Positions 23,168-32,000 are shown, counted from the first letter of the stretch. The stretch: DNA of 32,000 nt from Massilicoli timonensis (GCF_900199515.1 NZ_LT963434.1:1652180-1684179); one strand, 5' to 3'. Notes: a model not told the origin generated them from the sequence alone. Program-made: numbers and translations.

Positions 23168-24168
23168 GCGTCTATACCAGACAGGATTTAAGTATCATGC
23201 AGGGGTGGCCGTTAGAGAGAAAAATACAGGTCACACAGACGAAGATTATTGAGTGGTATCTGCATTTTGACGGCAAAGTGGCGGTTTCCTTTTCAGGCGG
23301 GAAAGATTCAACGGTGCTGTTGGATTTGGCGCGCCGGGCTTACCCGGACATTCAGGCGGCTTTTGTCAATACCGGACTGGAATACCCGGAAATCCGGGAG
23401 TTTGTCAGGACGGTTCCAAATGTCACATGGCTGCGCCCAGAGATGCCGTTTCATAAGGTAATAGAGACTTATGGCTATCCTGTCATTTCAAAAGAAGTGG
23501 CGCGGCGTATTTATTATGCCCGCAGGGGCAGCCTTTGGGCGATTATGCAGTTGCAGGGAATGAACCGGGATGGTTCTTCTTCAAAATTTGCACAGCGGTA
23601 TGTAAAGTGGGCGCATCTGGTTGATGCGCCTTTTCTGATCTCGGATCAGTGTTGTGCGGTAATGAAGGAGCGGCCTTTGGACCGGTTTACCAAAGAAACG
23701 GGTCTACAACCTATTATCGGTACGATGGCCTGTGAGAGCATACGCCGCCAAAGAGCATATCTGTCTACCGGCTGTAATGCTTTTACCAAGAAACAGCCAT
23801 CTTCGCAGCCTATGTCTTTCTGGATGGAACAGGACGTGCTGCGATACCTGAAACGGACCGGGATTCCTTACGCTTCTGGTATTTACGGCGACATTGTGGA
23901 AGGAAACGGAAAACTCGTTACCACCGGAGCTAAACGCACCGGATGTATGTTCTGTATGTTCGGCGTACACCTGGAAAGGCGGCCCAACCGGTTTGAAAAG
24001 ATGGCATTGACTCACCCAAAGCAATATGACCTTTGTATCAATCGCTTAGGGTGCGGAAAAGTGCTGGATTATATTGGAGTCCCTTATGGATTTACAGGAG
24101 GTGATAACAATGCCACGGGACAGGGAATTTCAAAGGAAAAAGAAAGATACCCGGATGCCGGTCCGTGA
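23164..24168 (+). CDS. PAPS-reductase-family PP-loop protein (DndC/BrxP/IbrA-like fold)
   Basis: The PP-loop SFSGGKDS is at 23287-23310 (VAVSFSGGKDSTVLLDLARRAYP). The C-terminal half has the Cys cluster TGCMFCMFG. The start overlaps the VirB4-like stop (ATGA). Confidence 0.8.
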   Translation: MSVYTRQDLSIMQGWPLERKIQVTQTKIIEWYLHFDGKVAVSFSGGKDSTVLLDLARRAYPDIQAAFVNTGLEYPEIREFVRTVPNVTWLRPEMPFHKVIETYGYPVISKEVARRIYYARRGSLWAIMQLQGMNRDGSSSKFAQRYVKWAHLVDAPFLISDQCCAVMKERPLDRFTKETGLQPIIGTMACESIRRQRAYLSTGCNAFTKKQPSSQPMSFWMEQDVLRYLKRTGIPYASGIYGDIVEGNGKLVTTGAKRTGCMFCMFGVHLERRPNRFEKMALTHPKQYDLCINRLGCGKVLDYIGVPYGFTGGDNNATGQGISKEKERYPDAGP

Positions 24169-26800
24169 TTCCCATGCGGAGGAAATTGCAGGCACCCGGC
24201 AAAAAGAGCCGGATTTTGACCTTCGACGTGCGCGGGATGCTCCTTCCTCTGCGGGTACTGGCCGGAACCGGAAATATAGCGCCGCAGCGCAGCCGGCAGC
24301 GGAGGATTTACAGCAGTCTGCTTTCGATATGCCGCAGCGGGAAGATGTTTCCATACCGGAGGAACCGGAAGGCAGGGATTTGGATCATAAGCCTGAAAGG
24401 GAATCCGATGTGGGAGGCACTTCTGTTCAGGAGTCCACAACACCGGAAACACACCGGAGGGATTTCGGATATGAGGATCGCCGGCATGAAGATTCTTTCA
24501 GCGGAGATTCTGACACAGGACGCCCGGTGCGGGAGGAATCCAGCGACACGGCCCATTCCGGCCAGACAGAACGCCGCCGTCGGATGCACCAGTATGGCAA
24601 CAAGTACCAGCAGCGTTTTCAGCAGGCGGCGAAGGCTGAGGAACCACAGGAGAAACAGCCTGGAGCAGCCGAAGGAGAACCGAAGCGCCCTTCCAAGTTG
24701 GAGTTTACCGCTGACGAGCTGCCGCCGGAGACAGCGGATAAAAAGCTGACCCAGGCAAGGCGCAGAGCCGAGCGTGTGGAAAAGAAGCTGGAGGACGCCG
24801 AGGCGCGTCTGCCTTCCCGGAAAAAACTACGGATGGAAACAGCTTCCGACCCGGAGACCGGCAAAGCGAAAAAGAGGCTGAAATTTGAAAAAGAGGTAAA
24901 ATCCCAACGCGCCCATGTAAAGGGTTCTCTGCCCCTACGCCCGGTGAAGGCAGGCGCAAATACTGCAATCGGGTACGCCCACAGAAAGGTGTATCAGGTG
25001 GAGGAAGAAAATGTAGGTACGAAAGCGGCGCACCGGATCGAGCTTGCAGGCGAGGCCGGGGTACGCACTTTGTACCGGCGCCACAAAACCGCACCGTACC
25101 GCAGGGTAACAAAGTTACAGCAGAAATCGGCCAGAGCCAATGCCCGGCTTGCTTACTGGCAGGTATTACAGGACAACCCGGAGCTGAAGAAAAATCTTCT
25201 TGCCCGGATGTGGCAGAAACAGAAACTAAAGCGACAGTATGCCAAAGCAGCCAGAGAAGCGAAAAAAGCGGGAAATAGAGCAAAGGACACCGCTGTTACC
25301 ACGGAAAAAATCGCTGCCGGAGTGGTTCACGCCATTAGGCGCCACCCGGTTATCTGCGGAATTGTGGTCCTGCTCCTTTTGGTATTTTTCCTGATCACCT
25401 CCCTGTTTTCTTCTTTTTCCAACCTGGGGACCGGAGGGCTGGGGAGTTTGGCGGCTTCTACTTACCTGGCGGACGATGCGGACATCAACAATGCGGAGCT
25501 TAACTATACCGAATGGGAAACGGATCTGCAAATGCAGATCAACCGTGTGGAGACGGACCGGCCCGGTTATGACGAGTACCGCTATAATATCGGCGCCATT
25601 GAACATGACCCCTATGTTTTAATGGGGTATCTTACCTCTGCTTATCAGAACTTTACTTATACGCAGATTGAGGGCGTCCTGCGGCAGCTTTTTAGCGAGC
25701 AGTATTCCTTATCCTTTACGGAGGAAACGGAAATCCGGTACCGGACAGAAACCCATGTGGACCCGGAGACTGGCGAGGAAACCGAGGAAGAAGTGCCTTA
25801 CGAGTGGCACATTCTGAATGTAACGCTCACATCTGCCCCTCTGGAAAACCTGATCGTCTCACGCATGAGCGCCGACCAGAAAGAAATCTGCGAAATCCTT
25901 TTGCAGACCAAAGGAAACCGCCAGTATGTGAAAAATGTATTTGGCACGAACTGGCTGCCCTATGTTACCAGCTACTACGGCTACCGGGTACACCCGATCA
26001 GCGGGGAAAAGAATTACCATACCGGCGTTGATATTGGCATGGCCCAGGGTACGGAAATCCTTGCCGGGCATGACGGAACGGTCACGCTGGCCGGCGAAGC
26101 AGGCGGATATGGCCTGTGCGTTGCCATTGAGGGCGAGGCTTACGAGGGGCATACCCTTACAACAAAATACGGGCACTGTTCGCAGGTTCTTGTGTCGGCA
26201 GGCCAGGAGGTAAAGGCCGGGGATGTGATTGCAAAGGTTGGCAGTACCGGGAATTCTACCGGGCCTCACCTGCACCTGGAGGTGCTGGTTGACGGGCAAT
26301 ACCTGAATCCTTTGTATTTTGCCGATACCGGCGATACCAGTGAGCGGCACCTGCCGGCGGCTGGCGCAGGCGGTACGGGCAGCTATTTTGACTATGACAT
26401 CCCGCCGGAGGCTCTGGAGGATGAACAGTTTGCGCTTATGATTGCGGAGGCGGAAAAATACCTGGGCTATCCGTATGTGTGGGGCGGTGCAAGCCCTTCC
26501 ACTTCGTTTGACTGTTCCGGTTATGTATCGTGGGTAATCAATAACTGCGGTGTGGGCTGGAACGTGGGAAGGCTGACTGCGGATGGACTTTTGGGTGTGT
26601 GTACGCCTGTATCGAGCGCGGACGCAAGACCGGGCGACCTGATCTTCTTCCAGGGTACTTACAACACTAGCGGCGCAAGCCATGTGGGAATCTATGTAGG
26701 CAATGGAATGATGATCCATTGTGGAGACCCGATTTCCTACGCAAATATCAATACAAGTTACTGGCAGCAGCATTTTTACACCTTTGGGCGTCTGCCATAA
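24110..26800 (+). CDS. Bifunctional conjugation cell-wall hydrolase: charged N-terminal region, TM, M23 (LytM) metallopeptidase + NlpC/P60 cysteine peptidase
   Basis: AGGAGG at 24096-24101 favours ATG 24110. The TM is VICGIVVLLLLVFFLITSLF (about 25350-25420). M23 motifs are HTGVDIG..GSTGNSTGPHLHLEV (about 25975-26320). NlpC/P60 motifs are YVWGGASPSTSFDCSGYV (Cys codon 26513-26515) and HVGIYVGNGMMIHCG. Confidence 0.9.
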   Translation: MPRDREFQRKKKDTRMPVRDSHAEEIAGTRQKEPDFDLRRARDAPSSAGTGRNRKYSAAAQPAAEDLQQSAFDMPQREDVSIPEEPEGRDLDHKPERESDVGGTSVQESTTPETHRRDFGYEDRRHEDSFSGDSDTGRPVREESSDTAHSGQTERRRRMHQYGNKYQQRFQQAAKAEEPQEKQPGAAEGEPKRPSKLEFTADELPPETADKKLTQARRRAERVEKKLEDAEARLPSRKKLRMETASDPETGKAKKRLKFEKEVKSQRAHVKGSLPLRPVKAGANTAIGYAHRKVYQVEEENVGTKAAHRIELAGEAGVRTLYRRHKTAPYRRVTKLQQKSARANARLAYWQVLQDNPELKKNLLARMWQKQKLKRQYAKAAREAKKAGNRAKDTAVTTEKIAAGVVHAIRRHPVICGIVVLLLLVFFLITSLFSSFSNLGTGGLGSLAASTYLADDADINNAELNYTEWETDLQMQINRVETDRPGYDEYRYNIGAIEHDPYVLMGYLTSAYQNFTYTQIEGVLRQLFSEQYSLSFTEETEIRYRTETHVDPETGEETEEEVPYEWHILNVTLTSAPLENLIVSRMSADQKEICEILLQTKGNRQYVKNVFGTNWLPYVTSYYGYRVHPISGEKNYHTGVDIGMAQGTEILAGHDGTVTLAGEAGGYGLCVAIEGEAYEGHTLTTKYGHCSQVLVSAGQEVKAGDVIAKVGSTGNSTGPHLHLEVLVDGQYLNPLYFADTGDTSERHLPAAGAGGTGSYFDYDIPPEALEDEQFALMIAEAEKYLGYPYVWGGASPSTSFDCSGYVSWVINNCGVGWNVGRLTADGLLGVCTPVSSADARPGDLIFFQGTYNTSGASHVGIYVGNGMMIHCGDPISYANINTSYWQQHFYTFGRLP

Positions 26801-26818
26801 CAGATTGGAGGTAACAAA

Positions 26819-27064
26819 TTGAACCCTAAAATTGAAAAACTGGCAAAAGACATTGAAAAGACCAAAGCAAAGATTGCGGAGCTGCAGGCCAAGCTCCGCG
26901 ATTTGGAGAAACAGAAAACGGAGCTGGAGAACACCGATTTTGTGGCGGTGGCCCGCAGCTACCACCTGACACCCCAGGAATTGGCCGAATTCTTAAAGAC
27001 GCGGCAGATGGCACCCTCACAGGAGACATCGCCGCAGGAACAGGAGGACATGAATGAGGATTAA
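26819..27064 (+). CDS. DUF4315-like coiled-coil protein
   Basis: GGAGG lies 7 nt upstream of TTG 26819. MNPKIEKLAKDIEKTKAKIAELQAKLRDLEKQKTELENTDFVAVARSY matches my memory of DUF4315. Confidence 0.65.
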   Translation: MNPKIEKLAKDIEKTKAKIAELQAKLRDLEKQKTELENTDFVAVARSYHLTPQELAEFLKTRQMAPSQETSPQEQEDMNED

Positions 27065-28226
27065 ACGGATTTCTTTCTTCATGGCACTTGTGTTTCTCAT
27101 AAGTGCCATGAGCTTACCCATGACGGCCTTTGCCGCCGGGGGCAAAGATACCACGCCCCCTACGCTTACGGCGGTGCTGGACGGCGAAACGGTAAAGATT
27201 GAGAGCAGCGATGACAATTCCGGGGTAGAGGCGGTCTATATTGACGAAAACCGCGTCAATTCCCTTACGGATGGAAAAGCCTCTGTCGCGCTGAAGGATT
27301 ATGCCGGTACGGACAAAAAAGTGAGCGTTTATGCGGTGGACTATGCCGGAAACCGTTCAGATGCGGTAAAGTTTGATAATCCCTATTATAAGGAACCGGA
27401 GCCTGCGGAGACACCGGCTGTACAGTCTGTGCAGTCCCAGGCATCTTCTTCCGGCAGTACCGGCGCCCAAGGCGGTAATTCCGGCAGCGGTGCATCCAGT
27501 ACAGGTTTCGCTTCGAGCAGCACTGTTACCCAGAGCAGCGGGAACGGCGGTACAGAAAACTCCGGCAGCAGTTCTTCCGATTCATCGGAATCTGTTTCTT
27601 CTATCCCGGAGGGCGCATTTACCCCGGAAGGCACCGGTACGGTGCTGGATGAGGCTACCGGCGAGGGAGACGACAAACAGTTTTATACCATCACAACCGA
27701 AGCGGGAAATGTGTTCTACCTCATTATTGACGGGAAACGTGACAGCAACAATGTTTACTTTCTGAACGGCGTTACTGAGGCTGACCTGATGGCCTTAGCC
27801 GAAAAGAGCGACGGCAGCGTGAGCGTGATCCCGGAAACGGAGGTATGCACCTGTACGGATAAGTGCGAGGCCGGAAACGTCAATACGGATTGTCCGCTTT
27901 GTAAGAATGACCTGAATGGCTGTACGGGAAAAGCGGCGGTCACGGAGCCGGAAGAACCAGACGAACCGGAACAGCCGGAAAAAGACAGTGGCAGCGTTGG
28001 CACGATCATTTTTATTGTGGTCGCCCTGCTTGCTGTCGGCGGAGTCGGTTACTATGTCAAGATCGTGCGTCCGAAGCAGCAGGCGGAGGATGACGAAGAA
28101 TTTGACGAGGATGAGGCTTACGGAGAAGGTTTTGACCCGGACGAGGCTTACGGTGAGCCGGATTATCTGTCGGAGGATGATTTTGACGACAGGACTTCGG
28201 AAGGCAATCAGGAGGACGGCGAATAA
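27054..28226 (+). CDS. DUF4366-like secreted/membrane-anchored protein
   Basis: The signal peptide is MRIKRISFFMALVFLISAMSLPMTAFA, followed by a Ser/Gly-rich linker. The Cys cluster is CTCTDKCEAGNVNTDCPLCKNDLNGC. A C-terminal TM (IIFIVVALLAVGGVGYYV) is followed by an acidic tail with the repeat DEAYGE x2. Confidence 0.7.
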   Translation: MRIKRISFFMALVFLISAMSLPMTAFAAGGKDTTPPTLTAVLDGETVKIESSDDNSGVEAVYIDENRVNSLTDGKASVALKDYAGTDKKVSVYAVDYAGNRSDAVKFDNPYYKEPEPAETPAVQSVQSQASSSGSTGAQGGNSGSGASSTGFASSSTVTQSSGNGGTENSGSSSSDSSESVSSIPEGAFTPEGTGTVLDEATGEGDDKQFYTITTEAGNVFYLIIDGKRDSNNVYFLNGVTEADLMALAEKSDGSVSVIPETEVCTCTDKCEAGNVNTDCPLCKNDLNGCTGKAAVTEPEEPDEPEQPEKDSGSVGTIIFIVVALLAVGGVGYYVKIVRPKQQAEDDEEFDEDEAYGEGFDPDEAYGEPDYLSEDDFDDRTSEGNQEDGE

Positions 28227-28267
28227 GGAGCCGTCCTTCACTATTTATGAAAGTGAGGTCTTTCTAT

Positions 28268-30910
28268 ATGAGAACAAACACACACCGCCGCGGCTTTCAC
28301 AGGCTTGTGGCATTTTTACTCTGCGCGGTTTGCCTTTTTGGGCTGATTCCCGCGCAGGCATTTGCTATGGAACCAGGGCAGAAAGCAAGTTCCTGGCTGG
28401 GCGACCAGTATGTGGGCTCTGATGGGCAGCATTATTATTCCCCGTCGCCGACCAAGTTTCTTGCCTATAATTCCGATGGTACCACAGAGCAGCGTTCCGG
28501 TTCCGGGGGCAGCGCCTACCGGCACTATATGCTGACGGATTCGGACGGCATTAGCCATCAGGTCTTTTGTGTGGAGAGCGGGATTCCCTATACTACTTCT
28601 GATAATACCTATACATCAGAGAGTGGGACGAACAGCCAATACTTAAACCTTCTCCCCGCCGAAGCAAGACGGGGGATTACCCTGACGGCAATCTACGGCT
28701 GGAAACCCGGCGCCTCTCTTCCTGTTTCCGGAATCAATGAGGATGATTATAAGATGGCGACCCAGATTATACTCTGGGAATACCAGCAGCAGCTCCGGAG
28801 CGACCCTTACAGCCGCCACGGTAACGGCCATGCCTCCGCAGACCAGTATTACAGCGTGATTGCCGGGCGTCCTGCGGAGAAAGCCTATAACTGGATTCTT
28901 TCGCAGGTCGCTTCCCATTCCACGGTTCCGTCCTTTACTTCCTCCAAGAAAAGCGAGGCCCCGGAGCTGGAACTGAAATGGGACACGGACAAAAAGGTTT
29001 ATACCCTGACTGTTACCGATACCAACAACCTGAATATCGATCTGGAAAACCTTGCCGGCAGCGGCGTGTCCGTTACCAGAAACGGCAACAAATACACCTT
29101 TACCAGCAGAAATATGATTATGGACCCTGTGACCTTTGAATTCCGCAAGGATATTCCGGTTGCAAACGATATGCTAATCTGGGGGCGGCCTGGTTATCAG
29201 ACCATGATGACCGGTGCCAGTGACCCGGTTTCCTTCTTCGTAAAAATCAAGACGGAGACCTACGGCACCGCAAAGATTGTCAAGACCAGTGAGGACGGCA
29301 TTGTGTCCGGGATTTCCTTTCACATTTCCGGCACCGATATTTTGGGAAATGAAGTCAACGAGGATGTTACCACCGGGGAAAACGGGCAGATCGCTAAGAA
29401 GCTCCTTCCCGGTACTTATCTTGTGACCGAGATTCCGGTAGACCGCTATGTGACCCCTTCCGCGCAGTATGTGACGGTTGAGAGCGGTCAGACCGCTACT
29501 GTCCATTTCAGTAATATTCTGAAGAAATTCCGCGTCCATGCAGTAAAGAGCGACGCAGATACCGGAACCGCCCAGGGCGACGCTACCCTTGCAGGCGCAA
29601 CCTATGGACTGTTCAACAACGGCGAATTGGTAGATACCTACACCACCGGACCGGACGGCAGTTTTATGACCCGCTATTATGTCTGCGGCGATAACTGGAC
29701 GCTCCGTGAGATTGAACCAAGTACCGGTTATCTTTTGAATGATACCGTTTATGAGGTGGGCGCTTCCCCTTCTTTGTACGAAGTGGAGCTGAACACTACG
29801 GAAAACAATGTCACGGAAACTGTGATTTACGGCAACATTCAGCTTGTCAAGCATACGGATGACCCTGACCCGGATGTGTCCGAGGAAGAAAATACGGAGG
29901 AACCGAACGAAGGAACCATTGAAAGACCGGAGGCCGGCGCCGTCTTTGAGATTTATCTGAAAGCTGCCGGCAGCTATGACGCGGCGAAAGAAAGTGAGCG
30001 TGACCTGCTTACTACGGATGGTGATGGCTTTGCGGCGTCTAAGATGCTGCCTTATGGACACTATACGGTCCACCAGGTTGCCGGCGAAGATGGAAAGGCT
30101 TTTATTCCGGACTTTACGGTATTTATTTCCGCGGACGGTCAGACTTACAGCTATATCCTGAATAACCGCACCATCACCGCAAGGCTGCGCGTGGAGAAGT
30201 GTGACGCCGAGACCGGTAATATTATCCCTATGACCGGTACCGGGTTCCAGATCAAAGACCTGTCTACCGGCGAATTTGTCACGCAGGAAATCTACTATCC
30301 GAACCCGGAAACCCTTGATACGTTCTATGTTTCGGATGAAGGCTGGCTGATGCTGCCGGAGCCGTTGCACACCGGCGATTATGAGCTTTACGAGGTGGCG
30401 GCTCCTTATGGTTATGTCCTTTCCGGTGAGCCGGTGCCGTTCGGCATTGACGGCAGCGAGGCCGTTGTCACGGTCACACAGTACAATATGCCGCAGAAGG
30501 GACAGCTTACGATCACTAAGACCGGAGAGGTATTTGCTTCTGTTCAGGAAAACGAAGGCTTGTATCAGCCGGTTTATGAAGTCATGGGATTGCCCGGTGC
30601 GGTCTATGATGTGATTGCCGACGAGGATATTTATACCGGAGACGGCACACTTCGCGCGGCAAAGGATACGGTTGTAGAAACCCTTACTACGGGGGATGAC
30701 GGAACGGCGCAGAGCGGGCTTTTGTACCTGGGCCGCTATCGTCTGGAGGAACGCCAGGCGCCGCAGGGCTGTGTCATAAATACTACCCCGGAATATGCGG
30801 AGCTTACCTATGCGGGTGAGACGGTGGAAATCACGCAGACCGCCCTCGGTCTTTATGACGAGCGCCAGAAGGTCGATGTTACCCTATTTCAAAGCTCTGG
30901 AAACAGATGA
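28268..30910 (+). CDS. Surface adhesin, part 1: signal peptide, thioester (TQxxxW) domain and Cna-B/SpaA-type repeats; reading frame breaks at 30908-30910
   Basis: AGTGAGG upstream favours ATG 28268. The signal peptide ends AQAFA. The Cys is in VFCVESG (28568-28570) and the Gln in ATQIILWEY (28763-28765). Repeated modules of the type G.A.I.K.D...G..L.GA.F.L, ending in E...P.GY, recur (for example FRVHAVKSDADTG..REIEPSTGY). Confidence 0.85.
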   Translation: MRTNTHRRGFHRLVAFLLCAVCLFGLIPAQAFAMEPGQKASSWLGDQYVGSDGQHYYSPSPTKFLAYNSDGTTEQRSGSGGSAYRHYMLTDSDGISHQVFCVESGIPYTTSDNTYTSESGTNSQYLNLLPAEARRGITLTAIYGWKPGASLPVSGINEDDYKMATQIILWEYQQQLRSDPYSRHGNGHASADQYYSVIAGRPAEKAYNWILSQVASHSTVPSFTSSKKSEAPELELKWDTDKKVYTLTVTDTNNLNIDLENLAGSGVSVTRNGNKYTFTSRNMIMDPVTFEFRKDIPVANDMLIWGRPGYQTMMTGASDPVSFFVKIKTETYGTAKIVKTSEDGIVSGISFHISGTDILGNEVNEDVTTGENGQIAKKLLPGTYLVTEIPVDRYVTPSAQYVTVESGQTATVHFSNILKKFRVHAVKSDADTGTAQGDATLAGATYGLFNNGELVDTYTTGPDGSFMTRYYVCGDNWTLREIEPSTGYLLNDTVYEVGASPSLYEVELNTTENNVTETVIYGNIQLVKHTDDPDPDVSEEENTEEPNEGTIERPEAGAVFEIYLKAAGSYDAAKESERDLLTTDGDGFAASKMLPYGHYTVHQVAGEDGKAFIPDFTVFISADGQTYSYILNNRTITARLRVEKCDAETGNIIPMTGTGFQIKDLSTGEFVTQEIYYPNPETLDTFYVSDEGWLMLPEPLHTGDYELYEVAAPYGYVLSGEPVPFGIDGSEAVVTVTQYNMPQKGQLTITKTGEVFASVQENEGLYQPVYEVMGLPGAVYDVIADEDIYTGDGTLRAAKDTVVETLTTGDDGTAQSGLLYLGRYRLEERQAPQGCVINTTPEYAELTYAGETVEITQTALGLYDERQKVDVTLFQSSGNR

Positions 30911-32000
30911 ACGCTTTGGCATTGGTTTTGGCGAAGAATACAAGGATATTTCCTTTGGCCTTTATGCTTCTGCTGACCTGACGGCTGCGGATGGCAGCGT
31001 GATTCCGGCGGGCGGGCTTCTGGAAGTAGTTTCCGTTTCCGCAAATGAGGCAGGTGGTTATGACGCTTCTTTTGCCTCTGACCTGCCTTTTGGCAGCTAT
31101 TTTGTGAAGGAGCGCACCACAAACAGCGCCTATGTTCTTTCTGATACCGAATATCCGGTAGTATTTGAATACGCGGGCCAGGAGACGGCGCTGGTACAGA
31201 TTCTTGTGAATGACGGCGAGGCCATTTCCAACGACCTGCTCCGCGGGCGTGTAGACGGTGTGAAATACGGTGAGGACGCAGACGGCGGCGAGGCGGTAAA
31301 GCTGGCCGGTGCGGTCATGGGCCTGTTTCAGCCTGACACGGAGGAATTTACCGAGGAAAACGCGCTGCTTACCGTTGCTACCGGCGAGGATGGCAGCTTT
31401 GCCTTTGAGAATATCCCTTACGGCCACTGGATCGTAAAAGAAATCTCCGCTCCGGTGCTTTATACCGTCAGCCCGGAAGAACATCATATCTATATCGGTG
31501 CGGACGGCCAGAGTATTGAAATCCGTGTGGATGATACCCTGATCCGCGGCAACGTACAGGTCAAAAAGACCGAAGCGGTTGACGAGCCTTCTTCCGTGGA
31601 GAAAGAGGACGAGGATAATAATACCTTTATGCGGTTCCTCTCCGGCGCGGAATTTGAACTGTATGAGGACGCCAACGGCAACAAAGAGTTTGACAGTGAG
31701 GATAAGCTGCTGGGAACGCTTACGGAGACGGACGCCGGATTCCATACGGCGGAAAATCTTCTGGCAAAGGGCTATTTTGTGAAGGAAAGCAAAGCGCCGG
31801 AGGGTTATCAGCTTGACGAAAATGCTTACTACTTTGAAATTACCGAGGACGGCCAGACGGTAGTTGTGGAAAATGGGGAGGCTGGACGCGGCTTTACCAA
31901 CGAGGCGTACCGCGGCAACCTGAAGATCACAAAGGATTCCAGTGACGGACGCAAGGATGGGTTCGCCATTGAGGTCAAGAGCGCAGACGGCTCCTATTGC
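30891..32000 (+). CDS. Surface adhesin, part 2 (continuation in the +1 frame; 3' end beyond the window)
   Basis: The frame starting at 30780 has no stop through nt 32000 and is absent from the ORF track only because it lacks a stop. It encodes more Cna-B-like modules (GRVDGVKYGEDADG..KEISAPVLY; GNVQVKKTEAVDE..KESKAPEGY; GNLKITKDSSDG). Confidence 0.8.

Larger units (their letters stand above)
1..32000 (+). mobile_element. Partial integrative conjugative element (Gram-positive type IV secretion / conjugation module); extends beyond both window edges
   Basis: Co-oriented overlapping genes for PcfB-like protein, VirD4-type coupling ATPase, Maff2, VirB6-like, PrgI-like, VirB4-like ATPase, M23+NlpC/P60 hydrolase, DUF4315/DUF4366-like proteins and a surface adhesin. 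No housekeeping genes. Confidence 0.85.

Noticed and set aside
24165-24749. 194-aa alternative-frame + ORF inside the hydrolase 5' region
   Set aside because: It is out of frame with the long continuous 896-codon ORF, which has a proper RBS. It arises from the low-complexity GC-rich sequence.
25859-26965. 368-aa ORF on the minus strand
   Set aside because: It is antisense to the M23 + NlpC/P60 hydrolase domains, has no RBS and has low-complexity Arg/Cys-rich composition.
30884-30894. Programmed ribosomal frameshifting at the adhesin frame break
   Set aside because: No canonical X XXY YYZ slippery heptamer or obvious downstream stimulatory structure was seen. An indel (mutation or assembly error) is more parsimonious, though not excluded without read data.
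29174-31745. Two long minus-strand ORFs (29174..30370 and 30879..31745)
   Set aside because: Both are antisense to the Cna-B-repeat adhesin. The + strand frames carry the repeated domain signature. The second one looked attractive only because the + strand continuation is missing from the ORF track, since it has no stop before the window end.

Overview
This window is an internal slice of a Gram-positive (Clostridia-like) integrative conjugative element (ICE). GC content is moderately high by eye. Nearly all genes are on the + strand, tightly packed, with overlapping stop/start codons and frequent TTG/GTG starts.

Left arm (1-6032): the tail of a larger polyvalent-type protein, small conserved ICE proteins (DUF3846-like, PcfB-like), a VirD4/TraG-type coupling ATPase, and the 5' part of maff2.

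Right arm (17598-32000): the 3' remnant of maff2, a VirB6-like membrane protein, and a SpoVG-like / MT-A70 methyltransferase / unknown trio. These are followed by a PrgI-like protein, a VirB4-like ATPase, a PAPS-reductase-family PP-loop protein, and an M23 + NlpC/P60 cell-wall hydrolase. The arm ends with DUF4315- and DUF4366-like proteins and a large thioester-domain / Cna-B-repeat adhesin. The adhesin is frameshifted near 30.89 kb and runs off the window.

Key structure: maff2 is split by a nested integrative mobilizable element (IME) of about 11.6 kb (about 6033-17597). The IME ends in a large serine recombinase and carries its own MobA/MobL relaxase and a candidate oriT. It also has a CHC2 primase-like gene and a VirE-family P-loop gene, followed by an iteron/AT-rich origin-like region.

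The IME holds two visibly AT-rich cargo cassettes. The first is HTH, a Vat streptogramin A acetyltransferase, a GrpB::blasticidin-S-deaminase-like fusion, and a GNAT. The second is a small XRE HTH plus a 4-TM membrane protein.

Other hunt results: a short C-terminal motif ([RK]-P-S-aliphatic ... L/V plus a basic tail) recurs on at least five unrelated proteins, including the IME relaxase. It may be a secretion or coupling signal. The PAPS-reductase-like gene is wedged into the core T4SS operon. No rRNA, tRNA or CRISPR array was seen. All family assignments come from motif recognition by eye, not from database searches.
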